From positions 800,001 to 864,000 of the forward strand of contig CBDFGR010000003.1 of NCBI GenBank assembly GCA_965247115.1: DNA of 64,000 nucleotides, written 5' to 3'. Shown in pieces: positions 25,769 to 36,785 of the stretch. The notes under the pieces are model-generated. The model ran no database searches, was not told the DNA's origin, and worked only from the letters and a program-made list of their open reading frames with translations. Each line of letters begins with the position of its first letter. Position 1 is the first letter of the stretch. Made by a program: the position numbers and the translations under genes. The DNA comes from Myxococcota bacterium. Lineage in GTDB: Bacteria; Myxococcota_A; UBA9160; SZUA-336.

Positions 25769-27019
25769 ATGGCGCTTCCGACGCGATACAAGATGATCGG
25801 TGTCCTCACCACGGGGACAATGATCAACTACATCGATCGCGTGAACATCTCGGTCGCTGCCCCCGAGATCATGAGGGAGACGGGCTGGGATGAGGGGCGC
25901 TTTGGGCTGGTCCTATCTGCGTTCCTTGTCGGGTATGCCCTCTTTCAGTATCCCGGAGGCGTCATTGCCGACCGCTGGAGCCCCCGGAGGCTGCTTGCCC
26001 TCGCTTGCTTTGGGTTCTCCTTCTTCACCGCTCTCACCCCATTGGGACAGGGCGGCTTTTTGCTCCTCCTGCTCCTGCGCTTCCTTGTCGGCGGCTGCGA
26101 ATCGGTCAGCTTCCCGACAGCGGCATCTCTCAACTCGAGGTGGATCCCGCGCGAGGAGTACAGCCGCGCCCAGACCGTAACGATTTCCGGCGCGGCCTTG
26201 GGGCAGATGGTGGCCTATCCGTCGACGGCCTGGATCATTGAGAACTACTCGTGGGAAACCGTCTTCTATTTCAACGCCGCGCTTGGCTTCGCCTGGATGA
26301 CGCTTTGGCTGTGGTATTCCACCGACACTCCGCGTGAGCATGCCTCGATCACCGCAGAAGAGCTTCGAGAGATCGAAGATGGGCTGGCGTCGAAGACCGA
26401 ACCCGCTTCTGTCCCGCTCTGGTCCATCGTGAGCACGTCGTCGGTGATCTCGCTGTGCGCGAGCTACATGCTGTTTGGCTTTATCGTCTGGATCTTCATC
26501 CTGTGGTTCCCGAGCTATCTCGTCCAAGCGCGAGGCTTCTCAGTGATGCAGATGGGGTTGGTGGGCATGATCCCCCACGGCGCCGGGTTCATCGGTCAGA
26601 TCACGGGTGGTGTCATCTCCGATGCCCTGTTGAAACGGGGCTACAGCGCCCGGACGGCGAGGGCGCGCGTTCCCGGAACCTGGGTGGGCCTCTCGGTGCC
26701 GTTTCTCGTCGCAGCCGTCATCGTGCAGTCAGGCACGCTCTCCGTCGTGTTGTTCGCGTTCTTCTTCTTCACCCTTTCGCTGGCGGTCTCCGGCTACTGG
26801 TCGCTCCCGCTCGAGCTCAATCCCCGGCTCGTTGGCAGGATCTCCGGCGTGATGAATACCTCCGGCAACATGGCCGGCATCTTTGGTCCCATCACGGCGG
26901 GCATGATCGTCGCCCACACGGGCAACTGGGACTTGCCGTTCTTCCTAGCGGCGGGTCTAGCGGTTCTGAGCAGCCTGATCTTCGTCTTCCTGGTCTCCAC
27001 CAAGCCCGTCGTCTCTTGA
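25769..27019 (+). CDS. MFS transporter (ACS/anion:cation family)
   Basis: INYIDRVNISVAAP, GGVIADRW, SGVMNTSGN. Confidence 0.92.
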   Translation: MALPTRYKMIGVLTTGTMINYIDRVNISVAAPEIMRETGWDEGRFGLVLSAFLVGYALFQYPGGVIADRWSPRRLLALACFGFSFFTALTPLGQGGFLLLLLLRFLVGGCESVSFPTAASLNSRWIPREEYSRAQTVTISGAALGQMVAYPSTAWIIENYSWETVFYFNAALGFAWMTLWLWYSTDTPREHASITAEELREIEDGLASKTEPASVPLWSIVSTSSVISLCASYMLFGFIVWIFILWFPSYLVQARGFSVMQMGLVGMIPHGAGFIGQITGGVISDALLKRGYSARTARARVPGTWVGLSVPFLVAAVIVQSGTLSVVLFAFFFFTLSLAVSGYWSLPLELNPRLVGRISGVMNTSGNMAGIFGPITAGMIVAHTGNWDLPFFLAAGLAVLSSLIFVFLVSTKPVVS

Positions 27020-27084
27020 CCGTGGGCCGGACAGAGGGGCTATGCTGGATCTCCTCGGCGATGCTGCCGGAACGGAGGAGAGAG

Positions 27085-27426
27085 ATGCCCAACCCCGTCG
27101 TTCACTTCGAGGTCACCAGCAAGGATGGCGCGGCGCTCCAGCGCTTTTATACCGACGCTTTCGGTTGGTCCGTCGATGCCAACAACCCCATGAAATACGG
27201 CATGGTGGAGGCCGAAACCCAGGGAATCGGTGGCGGCATCGGGACGGAGGATCCGGCGATCGTCACGTTCTACATCCAGGTGGATGACCCGGCTGTCTAC
27301 CTTCAGAAGGTGCAGTCGCTCGGAGGCAAGATCGTACAGGAGCCGCAGGATGTCCCCGGTGGACCCACGGTCGCGCGCTTTGCGGACCCAGCGGGAAACG
27401 TCATCGGTCTCGTCAAGGCCCCGTAG
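27085..27426 (+). CDS. VOC/glyoxalase family protein
   Basis: MPNPVVHFEV, FADPAGNVIGL; GGAGGAG SD. Confidence 0.9.
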   Translation: MPNPVVHFEVTSKDGAALQRFYTDAFGWSVDANNPMKYGMVEAETQGIGGGIGTEDPAIVTFYIQVDDPAVYLQKVQSLGGKIVQEPQDVPGGPTVARFADPAGNVIGLVKAP

Positions 27427-27462
27427 GACTTCATCGCACGGCGCCAGATGACCCGGGCCGTT

Positions 27463-28098
27463 CTATCCCTCATCGCCTGCGGATTGGTCCGGAGGGCTGC
27501 TCGCGAGCACGCGGCGGACGGCGGCTTGGAGCGCGGGCAGCAGCTCCACGCCGAACCAGGGGTGGCGAATCAGCCAGTGGGCGTTTCTAGGCGAGGGATG
27601 CGGAAGCGGAAACAGAGCGGGAGCGTACAGCCGCCAGTCGGCGACGCGGTCCACCAGACGTCGGGGTGAGTCACTCCCGAAGATGCGGCGCTGGGCATGG
27701 GTTCCGATCGCAAGCGTCATCTCGATGCCCGTCAGGGCCCGCCGGAACTTCTCGAACCAGAGGTCCGCGCAGCGGGGGATCGGCGGTCTGTCGGCGCCCC
27801 CTGGAGCCTTGCCGGGATAGCACAACCCGACGGGCAGAATGGCGAAGAGCTCTGGCGTGTGAAACTGACGCTCGTCCACGCCTAGCCAGTCGCGGAGCCG
27901 GGCACCGCTGGCGTCGTTCCAGGGGCGGCCTGTCTCCTGAACCCGACGGCTCGGGGCCTGTCCGACAATCAGGATGCGGGCCTGGGAATGGACGCGGAAG
28001 ACGGGACGGGGGGCGTGGGGCAGCTCGCCCGCACACGCCAGACAACCCCGCGCCTCGCGGGCGATGGCCTCGAGCTCCGTACCTGCAGAGTCTGCCAA
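27463..28098 (-). CDS. Uracil-DNA glycosylase superfamily protein
   Basis: VGQAPS, PWNDASGARLRDWL, LPHPSPRN; start position uncertain. Confidence 0.88.
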   Translation of the reverse strand: MADSAGTELEAIAREARGCLACAGELPHAPRPVFRVHSQARILIVGQAPSRRVQETGRPWNDASGARLRDWLGVDERQFHTPELFAILPVGLCYPGKAPGGADRPPIPRCADLWFEKFRRALTGIEMTLAIGTHAQRRIFGSDSPRRLVDRVADWRLYAPALFPLPHPSPRNAHWLIRHPWFGVELLPALQAAVRRVLASSPPDQSAGDEG

Positions 28099-28147
28099 AG
28101 CGTCTACGATGCGTTCGATGCCCGACTGAAGTTGGAGAGGATCCGGA

Positions 28148-28513
28148 TTGCCTTTTCGTCTGAAGCGAGTGTACCAGTCGCCGGAGACAGACGATGGGTT
28201 CCGAGTCCTGGTCGAGCGGTTGTGGCCGAGGGGAGTGAGCAAGCAAGCCGCACGGCTGGACCTGTGGTTGAAGGATGCGGCGCCGTCTAGCGAGCTTCGG
28301 CGCTGGTACGGGCACGACCCCAGCCGCTGGTTGGAATTCCGGACCCGCTACCACGCGGAACTCGAACAGAAGAACCAGCTCCTGGTACCACTGGTGAAGC
28401 GAGCAGAAGCAGATCCTGTAACGCTCCTGTTCGCCTCTCGAGAAGAGCGCCTCAACAGCGCGGCGGCGCTGCTGGCGTATCTGCAGCGCGAAGTCAGGCC
28501 AGCTGAGCCGTAG
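28148..28513 (+). CDS. DUF488/YeaO family protein
   Basis: DGFRVLVERLWPRGVSK, APSSELRRWYGHD. Confidence 0.9.
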   Translation: MPFRLKRVYQSPETDDGFRVLVERLWPRGVSKQAARLDLWLKDAAPSSELRRWYGHDPSRWLEFRTRYHAELEQKNQLLVPLVKRAEADPVTLLFASREERLNSAAALLAYLQREVRPAEP

Positions 28514-28640
28514 ACCCTGTCCACGGGTGAAGTCGGGCAACCTCGCCACGCATCCAACGGCGGGCGAAGAACGACGGGTACAATTGGGCTTTGCGTGCGC
28601 GTCGGCCTGCTAGAGCGGATGTGCCAAAGGAGGGACGGAC

Positions 28641-28862
28641 GTGTTGGAGCTTCTCATTGGTGGATTCGGTCTCTTCGGGTTTGCGGTTGCGATCTCTCTG
28701 GTCGTGCTCGCAGTTCTCTGGTTCATCTTGCCGTTTGCCGTGTTCGGCACGAAGCAGAGGCTGGATCGCCTCATCTCCTCGACGAACGCCGTTGTAGAGA
28801 CACTGGAAGGAATCCACTACGAGCTTCGAGAGCTGCGCGGCGAGCTGACTCGGAGCAGTTGA
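28641..28862 (+). CDS. Small membrane protein
   Basis: Hydrophobic N-terminal half plus coiled-coil tail; GAGG SD. Confidence 0.6.
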   Translation: MLELLIGGFGLFGFAVAISLVVLAVLWFILPFAVFGTKQRLDRLISSTNAVVETLEGIHYELRELRGELTRSS

Positions 28863-28911
28863 GAGATCCGGGCATCTTGAAGCCGTCCCTGCAACGTGCA
28901 AGGATTCAGGG

Positions 28912-29157
28912 ATGCGCAAGACCCTATCGGCAGTTGCGGCATTGCTCGCGCTCTCTGTGCTGACAGGTTGCACCTCCTATTACCGCGTCCAGGATCCACA
29001 GTCTGGCAAGGTCTACTACACGCGGGATCTCGACCGGAACAGGGGTGGGAGTGTTCAGTTCGAGGACGCGAACTCGGGCAGCGAGATCACGCTCCAGTCG
29101 TCCGAGGTCCTCGAGATCGACAAGGACGAGTACCGGGCGAATACCTCCGAGAGGTAG
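28912..29157 (+). CDS. Small lipoprotein (YgdI/YgdR-like)
   Basis: Lipobox LTGC; beta-rich 81 aa. Confidence 0.7.
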   Translation: MRKTLSAVAALLALSVLTGCTSYYRVQDPQSGKVYYTRDLDRNRGGSVQFEDANSGSEITLQSSEVLEIDKDEYRANTSER

Positions 29158-29169
29158 GCTCCCGCTGGG

Positions 29170-29973
29170 TCAGGGAACCTGAGCGAGCCACGACGCGTCG
29201 TCGAACCAGCGCTTCCGCAGCCGGTCGAGCAGGCCCGTTGCCTGTAACGCGCCCATGTAGTTCTCGACCAGGTTCACGAGCAGTGGATCCCCTGCAGGTA
29301 GGGCAATCCCGATCGGCTCCACGCTGAGCGGCGTGGCTGCCGCGAGTCCGGCGTTCGGGTTGCGAAGCACCGACAGCACGCAGATCGGGTAGTCCGCCAC
29401 CAGCGCGTCGACCTCGTCCTTGATGACCATCTGGACCGCCTCGTCGTAGTTGTCGACCGTGACCAGGGTGGCCTCGGGTGTGACGGCCTCGATGAACTTC
29501 TGGCTGGTGGAGTTCCGGAGTGCGGCCAGCTTCAGGTCGGCCATGTTGATGTCCTCTGCGTTCTCCGCCCGCGCCAGTGCCTCGGAGTTCGTGAGGATCG
29601 ACTTTCCCGATACAATGTAGGGACCTACAAACGCGACCTTCATGTTGCGCTCGAGGGTGATGGTCATCCCCGACATCACCATATCGACCTCACCTCCCTG
29701 CAGGGCACCGAGGAGCTCCGGGAAGGGCTTCTCGACGATCCTCAGCTTGACCCCAATGGCCTCGGCGAGCAGCGCCGCCAGGTCGCGATCGAGCCCGATC
29801 ACCTCACCATCCCGGTTCCTGGTGTTGAAGGGCGGCTGGCTGCCCGACATGCCGACGCGAAGCTCACCTTCTTTGGTGATTCGCGTGAGGATCGGGGAGT
29901 CCTCGGTGTGCGCGGTGCTCGGCGCAGCGAGGAAGAGCGCGGACAGGATGACGAAGAGCGCCGATCTCAGCAT
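29170..29973 (-). CDS. Amino-acid ABC transporter substrate-binding protein (family 3)
   Basis: LRVGMSGSQPPF, SGMTITLER. Confidence 0.92.
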   Translation of the reverse strand: MLRSALFVILSALFLAAPSTAHTEDSPILTRITKEGELRVGMSGSQPPFNTRNRDGEVIGLDRDLAALLAEAIGVKLRIVEKPFPELLGALQGGEVDMVMSGMTITLERNMKVAFVGPYIVSGKSILTNSEALARAENAEDINMADLKLAALRNSTSQKFIEAVTPEATLVTVDNYDEAVQMVIKDEVDALVADYPICVLSVLRNPNAGLAAATPLSVEPIGIALPAGDPLLVNLVENYMGALQATGLLDRLRKRWFDDASWLAQVP

Positions 29974-30049
29974 GGTGGGAGTCTCCAGTGAGTTGAGTGT
30001 AGACAGGCCGACGGGAGCGAGCCGGATTGTACCTCAGGACCGCCTGGCG

Positions 30050-31261
30050 CTACTCGTATCGCAGCGCTTCGATGGGCGTGAGGAAGGACGCTCTCCGCGC
30101 GGGCCAGAGGCCAAAGAGAAGCCCTACGACGGCGCTGAACGCGAAGGCCAAACCTACGGCCCCGGGGGAGACCAGAGTGTTCCAGCCGGCGAACTTCGAC
30201 AGGGCGGCCGCACCCGCCCAGCCCAGCGCGATGCCGACCAGTCCTCCCACCAGACACAGCACGAGGGCCTCGACGAGAAACTGCAGCAAGATGTCGCGGC
30301 GGGTCGCGCCGAGGGCCTTGCGGATCCCGATCTCGCGGGTGCGCTCGGTCACCGAGACCAGCATGATGTTCATGATCCCGATCCCGCCCACGATCAGACT
30401 CACCACCGCGATGCTAGCTAGTAGGTAGGTGAGGATGAGCGAGGTCTGCTGCTGCGTGTCCAGGATCTCCTGGCGGTTCCGGATACGAAAGTCGTTTGTA
30501 CCACCCGGGCGGATCTTGTGCTCTCGGCGCAAGACCGCCTCGAGCTCCACCATCCCCTGCTCAACGGGGACCCGCTCGGCGATCTGCACCGTGATCGATT
30601 GCAGACGATCGGTGCCGAATACACGGTACTGTGCAGTCGACAGCGGGATCAGAATCTGCTCGTCGGGATTCGACCAGGATCCTTCGGAGCCCTTCTCGTC
30701 GAATACTCCGATGATCTCGAATGGGATGCCTCGAATCAGGAGCGTCCGGTGGATGAGCGCGGCCGGGTTGCTCTCGAGCAGGTCCGGTACGGAAGCTCCA
30801 AGCAGCGCGTAGCGCTGCCTGGCATTCTCATCTCCCGCAGTGAACATTCGGCCGTACCTCACGCGAAAGTTCCGAACCTCGTGGTAGTTCGGCGTTGACC
30901 CGGTCACGTTGAGGTTGACGTTCTGGTTGCCGTACTTGATCTGGAGCTGGCGCCGGATCTCGGGCACAACCGTCGCAATGAGGGGAGCCGCGGCGAGTGC
31001 ATCGGCATCCGCGGTGGTGAGACTGACGCGGGCGCTGGCGGCAACCCCTCGGTGGTACGACTGTCCGGCGTAGACAGTCAACAGGTTGGCACCGAGGGCC
31101 TCGATCTTCTCCTCGATCGCGCGCTGCGCTCCGTTCCCTAGCGCGACCATCGTGATCACTGCGGCAACGCCGATGATGATGCCGAGCATGGTCAGGCTAG
31201 CGCGGAGACGGTTCGCGCGAATCGATTGAAAGGCCAGACCGATCGGCTCGTCGAGCCGCAC
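30050..31261 (-). CDS. MacB-like ABC permease
   Basis: LTMLGIIIGV, GGIGIMNIMLVSVTERTREIGIRKALGA. Confidence 0.95.
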   Translation of the reverse strand: MRLDEPIGLAFQSIRANRLRASLTMLGIIIGVAAVITMVALGNGAQRAIEEKIEALGANLLTVYAGQSYHRGVAASARVSLTTADADALAAAPLIATVVPEIRRQLQIKYGNQNVNLNVTGSTPNYHEVRNFRVRYGRMFTAGDENARQRYALLGASVPDLLESNPAALIHRTLLIRGIPFEIIGVFDEKGSEGSWSNPDEQILIPLSTAQYRVFGTDRLQSITVQIAERVPVEQGMVELEAVLRREHKIRPGGTNDFRIRNRQEILDTQQQTSLILTYLLASIAVVSLIVGGIGIMNIMLVSVTERTREIGIRKALGATRRDILLQFLVEALVLCLVGGLVGIALGWAGAAALSKFAGWNTLVSPGAVGLAFAFSAVVGLLFGLWPARRASFLTPIEALRYE

Positions 31262-31262
31262 G

Positions 31263-32615
31263 CTACTGGCGCCCCGAGGAGCGCATGCCGGGGATCCCCC
31301 GGCCCATCATCCGGTCGACGCGTCGACGAAAGCGCTCCTGGGCCTCCACGAGGCCGGCGCTCGGGAGCAGCAGGACCGCATCCGACTCCGTGAGTCCGCG
31401 CTTGACTTCACTGTAGTCAAGGTCCGTAAGCCCGACTCTCACGTTCCGGGCTTGCGGCCCTGTGTCCGTGAGCACGAACACGATGTAGTCTCCCCCGAAT
31501 ACGGAGCTGGCAGCTGAGGGGGTCGGTCTGTCACGGCGCGGGGAGCCCTCGGCCGGACCGTCGTGCTCAGGAACGCGCCGAGAAGTGTCCCGCTCGGGCG
31601 CACCGACCGGAGCGCCGTTTTCGATCGCCCCGTCGGTCTGCAGCTCGCGATCCGGCCGTCGGAGCTGCGCCTGCACCACCTCCAACGACAAACCGAGCAC
31701 GCGTGCTGCCGAGCTGACATCGCGCTGCGTCCGCAGTGCCGCGTTCGGGACCGCCAGCGCCTGCGTACGACTGCCGATATGGATCTCGACCTCGCTGTTC
31801 ATGCCTGGCTGAAGCAGGCCCTCGCTATTCTCGATCCGCACCAGCACCGGGAACATGGTCACGTTCTGCTCCGTGAACGCCTGTGGCTCGATCTTCGTGA
31901 CGACGCCAGCGAACGGTCGGGTCGGGTAGGCCGCCACCGTCACGGTCGCCCGCAGCCCGGGCGAGATCTTGCCAATGTCGGTCTCGTCGACCAGGGTTCG
32001 AACCTGCACCAGGTTCAAGTCCGCCATCTTCAGGAGCACCGTGCCGCCAGAGACCGCCTGGATGGGCGAAGAGATGACCTGTCCACGCTCGACGTTCTTC
32101 TCGATCACCGTGCCGGTGATGGGCGCCAGAACTTCCGTGTCATCCATCTCGATCTGCGCGTTCTCCACCGCCACGCGGGCTCGCACAACCCCCGCCTTGG
32201 CGTTCACGTGATCGAGAAGTGCTTGCTCGTACTCCGCTTCGGGGATGGATTCGGACTTGAAGAGTTTCTCGGAGCGACGCTTCTGCGCCTCCTCGGTCCC
32301 CAGGCGTGCCTGCGCGACTTCTAGCTCGGCCGCGGCGAGCGAGAGCGTGTTGCGCGGTTGGCGTTGATCGATGCGCACGAGCAGCATGCCACGCTCGACC
32401 AGATCGCCCGACTCCACGAGCACATCCAAGATCTCACCGGAGGCCTTCGACTTGACCTCGACCGTCACGTCGGGCTCCACGACCCCGGCTGCGAGAGCCG
32501 AGATGACAATGTCGCGCCGCTCCACCGGCTCGGCCCGATAGACGAGGGACGGAGCACTGTCGCCACAGCCGGCGAGGACACAGCAGAGACCAACTGCACC
32601 AAGTGCCCGCATCAA
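31263..32615 (-). CDS. Efflux periplasmic adaptor (MacA-like)
   Basis: Lipobox [31 protein letters not shown]. Confidence 0.92.
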   Translation of the reverse strand: MMRALGAVGLCCVLAGCGDSAPSLVYRAEPVERRDIVISALAAGVVEPDVTVEVKSKASGEILDVLVESGDLVERGMLLVRIDQRQPRNTLSLAAAELEVAQARLGTEEAQKRRSEKLFKSESIPEAEYEQALLDHVNAKAGVVRARVAVENAQIEMDDTEVLAPITGTVIEKNVERGQVISSPIQAVSGGTVLLKMADLNLVQVRTLVDETDIGKISPGLRATVTVAAYPTRPFAGVVTKIEPQAFTEQNVTMFPVLVRIENSEGLLQPGMNSEVEIHIGSRTQALAVPNAALRTQRDVSSAARVLGLSLEVVQAQLRRPDRELQTDGAIENGAPVGAPERDTSRRVPEHDGPAEGSPRRDRPTPSAASSVFGGDYIVFVLTDTGPQARNVRVGLTDLDYSEVKRGLTESDAVLLLPSAGLVEAQERFRRRVDRMMGRGIPGMRSSGRQ

Positions 32616-33364
32616 TGGGCCTCCTCGGTCTTGACGTCGGCCACGACATAGCCGTCTTCGAGCAGAATACGACGCTCGACGCGCTCCGCGATATCCGTCT
32701 CGTGCGTGACGAGGACGATGGTCTGGCCCTCGGCATGCAGCTGCTCGAAGAGCCCGATGATCTCCGCCGTGGTATCGGAATCGAGGTTCCCTGTGGGCTC
32801 GTCGGCCAGCAGGATGCTGGGCCGATTCACCAGGGCGCGCGCGATGGCCACGCGTTGCCGCTGTCCTCCGGAGAGCTGACTCGGAAGGTGATGCATCCGA
32901 TCCCCGAGGCCCAGACGGTCAAGCTCCTGTTCCGCGCGCTGCCGCCGCTCCTTCCTGCCGATATCCGCGTAGACAAGGGGCGTCTCGACGTTCTGCAGCG
33001 CGGTGGCTCTTCCCAGCAGATTGAAGGTCTGGAACACGAAGCCGATCTCTCGATTGCGGATCCGTGCGAGCTCGAGGTCTCCCAGATCCGAGACTCGCTC
33101 GCCATTTAGCCAGTACTCGCCCGACGTGGGGACGTCGAGGCAGCCAACCACATTCATCAGCGTGGACTTTCCGGAGCCCGAGTGGCCCATGATCGCCACG
33201 AACTCGTTCTTCGCGATACTGAGGTCGACACCGCGCAGCGCACGCACGAGCTCCCCGCCCACGTCGAATACGCGATGGATCCCGCTCATCGAGATGAGAG
33301 CACCCGGACGTACCGGACGTGTCCCAACTGCCCGTTCCACCGAACCATTTGGCACTACGCTCAT
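32612..33364 (-). CDS. ABC ATP-binding protein (MacB/LolD-like)
   Basis: [26 protein letters not shown]. Confidence 0.95.
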   Translation of the reverse strand: MSVVPNGSVERAVGTRPVRPGALISMSGIHRVFDVGGELVRALRGVDLSIAKNEFVAIMGHSGSGKSTLMNVVGCLDVPTSGEYWLNGERVSDLGDLELARIRNREIGFVFQTFNLLGRATALQNVETPLVYADIGRKERRQRAEQELDRLGLGDRMHHLPSQLSGGQRQRVAIARALVNRPSILLADEPTGNLDSDTTAEIIGLFEQLHAEGQTIVLVTHETDIAERVERRILLEDGYVVADVKTEEAH

Positions 33365-33492
33365 GGGCTCTGGAGCCGAGCATAGCTGCTCCGGAGCCCG
33401 GACGCCGACCCCGCGCCCCCCTTTTTGGGTTCGGTTGACCGGTCCTGGCGACAGGGCTAGCCTCGCCAGCCTTCGCCAATGTGCGAAGCCGT

Positions 33493-33568
33493 GGGGCTGT
33501 AGCTCAGCTGGGAGAGCGCCTGAATGGCATTCAGGAGGTCGACGGTTCGATCCCGTTCAGCTCCACCA
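33493..33568 (+). tRNA. tRNA-Ala (GGC)
   Basis: GGGGCTGTAGCTCAGCTGGGAGAGC, loop ATGGCAT, GGTTCGATCCC, CACCA end; 76 nt. Confidence 0.97.
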
Positions 33569-33833
33569 ATGATTCCGAGTATTTGCGCGATGTGCGAGTA
33601 GTCATGACCGAGCGTAGGTGTGCCAGTGGTGTGCCAACGCTTGCGTTAGCGTCTCGAGCGTGGTCATCACTGCTATATCTCGGCGCCAGAAAGCGCAGTT
33701 GATTGCCGCTCACCCGAAACGGGCCCGCGCCATCATGGGTGTCGGCATCGGTGATCCTGTACGAGTGGGTTGTCGGCATCCGCGCCCCCCCTATAGCCAA
33801 CTGATCGCTACTCTATTCCTGCCTTATCAAGTC

Positions 33834-34087
33834 CGTCAAAGGTCGAGGTCATCGACCGCCGCGGGCTCAGCGACGCCGCCCGAGCTGCGGCACTTGCGGA
33901 AGCCCACGGCCTCGTAGCCGGAGGCGTATCGGCCAAACAGCTCGACGCCGCCCCGATCCTGGAGGTGGTCGGCTTCGGCGGCTCCGGCTTCGAGTCGATC
34001 GATGTCGGGGCGGCCACCGAGCGCGGAATTGCGGTGGTCTCTTTAACTCCCTATCCCCCGAGGTGTGATGTCGAGCGAGTCCAGTAA
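33834..34087 (+). pseudogene. Fragment of a D-2-hydroxyacid/phosphoglycerate dehydrogenase N-terminal domain
   Basis: Manual translation LDAAPILEVVGFGGSGFESIDVGAATERGIAVV; no start codon and no NAD-binding domain. Confidence 0.7.
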
Positions 34088-34139
34088 GGGCTTGATGGAA
34101 GCGAGCAATTGCTTGTGAAAGCGGCGGGGCAGAGCACCC

Positions 34140-35036
34140 CTATCCGTTTGCGTTGCCGGGCGGTCCCGGTGAGGCGCTGAGAATCACTTCGTAGATGCCG
34201 GCGCACTCGTCCTCGGCGCGCCCTTCCTCAATCATCCGCTTGAACCAGTCGAGCGCGGTCTCGACGAGAGGCGTGGCAGCGCCGACGGCGCGCGCGTGGT
34301 CGCGGATGTAGGCCAGATCCTTCATGATGATCGAGGCGGGACCTGCGGCGGGTTGGTAGGTCCGGCGCGCCATCATCGGCCCGCGATAGTTGAGCACGGC
34401 CGAGCCGCCGGCACTTGGACTGACGGCGTTCAGCATACGCTCGGAATCGAGGCCCGAGAGATTACCAAGAACCATAGCCTCGGCCAGGGCCATGGAGTTG
34501 ACGACGACCAGTATGTTGGTGACGAGCTTAGTCGTCATGCCTGCACCGAACGTACCCACATGGCAGCTCTTCGGCGCGATGCTGTCGATCACCGGCTGGA
34601 TTGATTGGGCAGCGGCCTCATCGCCGCTGACGAACAGGACGGCGTTGCGCTGCAAAACCGTTGCCGGGATGCCGCTGATCGGGCAGTCGAGCATGGTGAC
34701 GCCCTTGGCCGCGAGTGCGTCTGCCAACGGTTTCTTGAACGCGGCGGGGAAAGTCCCCATCTCGACGATGGTCTGGCCGGCACTTGTGTGTGCAATCAAT
34801 CCTTGCGGGCTGTGATAAGCCTCGTCCATCTGCGCCTCGCTAGCGAGGCAAGTGATGATCACGTCGGAGGCCGCTGAGAGCTGTGCCGTATCGGCGCATA
34901 GATGGCCACCATGATCGACAAAGTCGGCCGTGCTGGGCCGACTCAGAGCGTGGACAGGAAAGCCGTCTGCGATCAGATTGCTGGCGCAGGCGCGCCCGAT
35001 CTTGCCCAGTCCAATGATGCCAACGCGCAGAGCCAT
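34140..35036 (-). CDS. NAD(P)-dependent oxidoreductase (3-hydroxyisobutyrate dehydrogenase family)
   Basis: IGLGKIG, LDCPISG, KLVTN, KDL. Confidence 0.92.
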   Translation of the reverse strand: MALRVGIIGLGKIGRACASNLIADGFPVHALSRPSTADFVDHGGHLCADTAQLSAASDVIITCLASEAQMDEAYHSPQGLIAHTSAGQTIVEMGTFPAAFKKPLADALAAKGVTMLDCPISGIPATVLQRNAVLFVSGDEAAAQSIQPVIDSIAPKSCHVGTFGAGMTTKLVTNILVVVNSMALAEAMVLGNLSGLDSERMLNAVSPSAGGSAVLNYRGPMMARRTYQPAAGPASIIMKDLAYIRDHARAVGAATPLVETALDWFKRMIEEGRAEDECAGIYEVILSASPGPPGNANG

Positions 35037-35232
35037 GAACTTCTCCTGTGGTCCTACTTTCCTATCTTGACAAATTCGTTGCGTGCGGCTCGTATCGCGT
35101 CGGCGGCCCCCGTACGCGTTCAGCTGGTGCTCGAAGTCGTGACAGCGGAAGCGCAGCTCAGCACCGAGAAGCCGTACATCAGACCGGCCATGGGGTTGTC
35201 TTCGAAGGTCGGCTTCGTCGTCCACACCTTCG

Positions 35233-36648
35233 TCATGTCCCTGCTCGCGCCCCCGCCTCGATCCGCGCGCGAAGCTCCTTCTGGCGCTCCTCAGTGAGCG
35301 GATAGCGCCAGAGGAGGGGAAGTGCGATCAGCGCGATCCCCGCGGGGATCAGACTATACAGGCAGGCCACGGCCAGCTTCGCGGTCGGCGTGTTCGCGTC
35401 GATCGCGGGGTCGAAGCCGAACCAAACCACGACGTTCGTCGCGATGAGGACTCCGAGGGCCCCCGCACCCTTCGTGACCATGCCCCAGAGCGAGAAGTAG
35501 AGCCCCGTCCGCTGCTCGCCACTCTCTAGGGTGTCGATGTCGACGATGTCCGCGGCCATCGAGGCGGGCAGGAAAATGAGCGAGCCGATGCTCGAGCCCT
35601 TCATGATCATGAGAAAGAAGAAGATCCCGAAGTCGCCGGGCCCGAGGAGCGGGATGGGGGCGCTCCAGATCGAGAGCCAGATGAGCCCGAGCACGACGGT
35701 CCGATGCTTGCCGAGCCTGTACGAGATCCGCAGCCAGATCGGGATGGCGGCGGTGCTCGAGAGGTAGTAGACGAGGACGAACATCGCGTAGCGGTCGAAG
35801 GGCTCCTCCATCACGTGTTGGACGAAGAAGAAGGAGAGCGATGCCGTCATGCTGATCGCCGTGGCGAAGAACACCAGGCAGACCACGAGCCGGATGAACG
35901 ACTTGTTGGCCCACACGATCGCCAGCCCCTGCCAGAGCGTGACGGGCGGTCGGTCGAGCCGATCCGGCGGCGGCTCCTTCACCGCCAGGAGCGCCGGAGC
36001 GATCAGGATGGGAAGCGTGATCACCACTGCCACGGCGATCCCGTAGAGCGCGTTGCGCGGCCCCGTAAGCTCCAGCACGTAGGCCATCACGAGCGGGATC
36101 ACGAGCGAGCTGATGAGCCCGAGATAGCCAAAGCTCTCGCGCCAGCCCGTCACCTGCGAGCGCTCGCGGTAGTCCGTCGAGAGCTCCGCACCCCATGCCT
36201 TGTAGGGCAGGTCGACCAGCGTGAACGACAAGTACAGCAGGCTGATCCACACGAACAGGTAGAGCGTGCTGACGTCGCGCGGTGGCACGAAGAGCATCCA
36301 CAGCGACACCATCATCAGGGGCGTGCCGACGAACATCCACGGCTTGCGGCGGCCGAAGCGCGTCTTCCACTTGTCGGAGAAGATCCCGATCATGGGGTCG
36401 GTGAACACGTCCGTGAGACGCGATAGCGCGATGATCACGCCCACGAACGCGAGCGAAAGCCCGAGGTCGCGCGAGTAGAAGGTGGGGATGTAGAGGGCGA
36501 TGGGCAGGCCGACGATCGACGTCGGCAGGTTCGCCACTCCGTAGAGGCCGATCATCCAACGCTGGAGGGGGCGGCGGGGTTTCGCTGTCCGCGGCCCCGC
36601 TTGCTCGACCGGGGGGTTCGTCAACCCGCTAAGGGTATCAGGGACCAA
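35233..36648 (-). CDS. MFS glycoside-pentoside-hexuronide (MelB-like) symporter
   Basis: TDPMIGIFSDKWKTRFGRRKPW, ELSTDYRERS. Confidence 0.92.
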   Translation of the reverse strand: MVPDTLSGLTNPPVEQAGPRTAKPRRPLQRWMIGLYGVANLPTSIVGLPIALYIPTFYSRDLGLSLAFVGVIIALSRLTDVFTDPMIGIFSDKWKTRFGRRKPWMFVGTPLMMVSLWMLFVPPRDVSTLYLFVWISLLYLSFTLVDLPYKAWGAELSTDYRERSQVTGWRESFGYLGLISSLVIPLVMAYVLELTGPRNALYGIAVAVVITLPILIAPALLAVKEPPPDRLDRPPVTLWQGLAIVWANKSFIRLVVCLVFFATAISMTASLSFFFVQHVMEEPFDRYAMFVLVYYLSSTAAIPIWLRISYRLGKHRTVVLGLIWLSIWSAPIPLLGPGDFGIFFFLMIMKGSSIGSLIFLPASMAADIVDIDTLESGEQRTGLYFSLWGMVTKGAGALGVLIATNVVVWFGFDPAIDANTPTAKLAVACLYSLIPAGIALIALPLLWRYPLTEERQKELRARIEAGARAGT

Positions 36649-36785
36649 CCGGCGAGGTCATCCATTTCTGGCGTACCCTCTGCGGATCGCGTTCCCGCGG
36701 AGCAGCGCGCGGGCACAGTGTAGACTCTCCCTTCCGTTGATTGAGCTGGGGAGCGCGCAGCAGCAGTGATCAGCCATCGAAAGCT

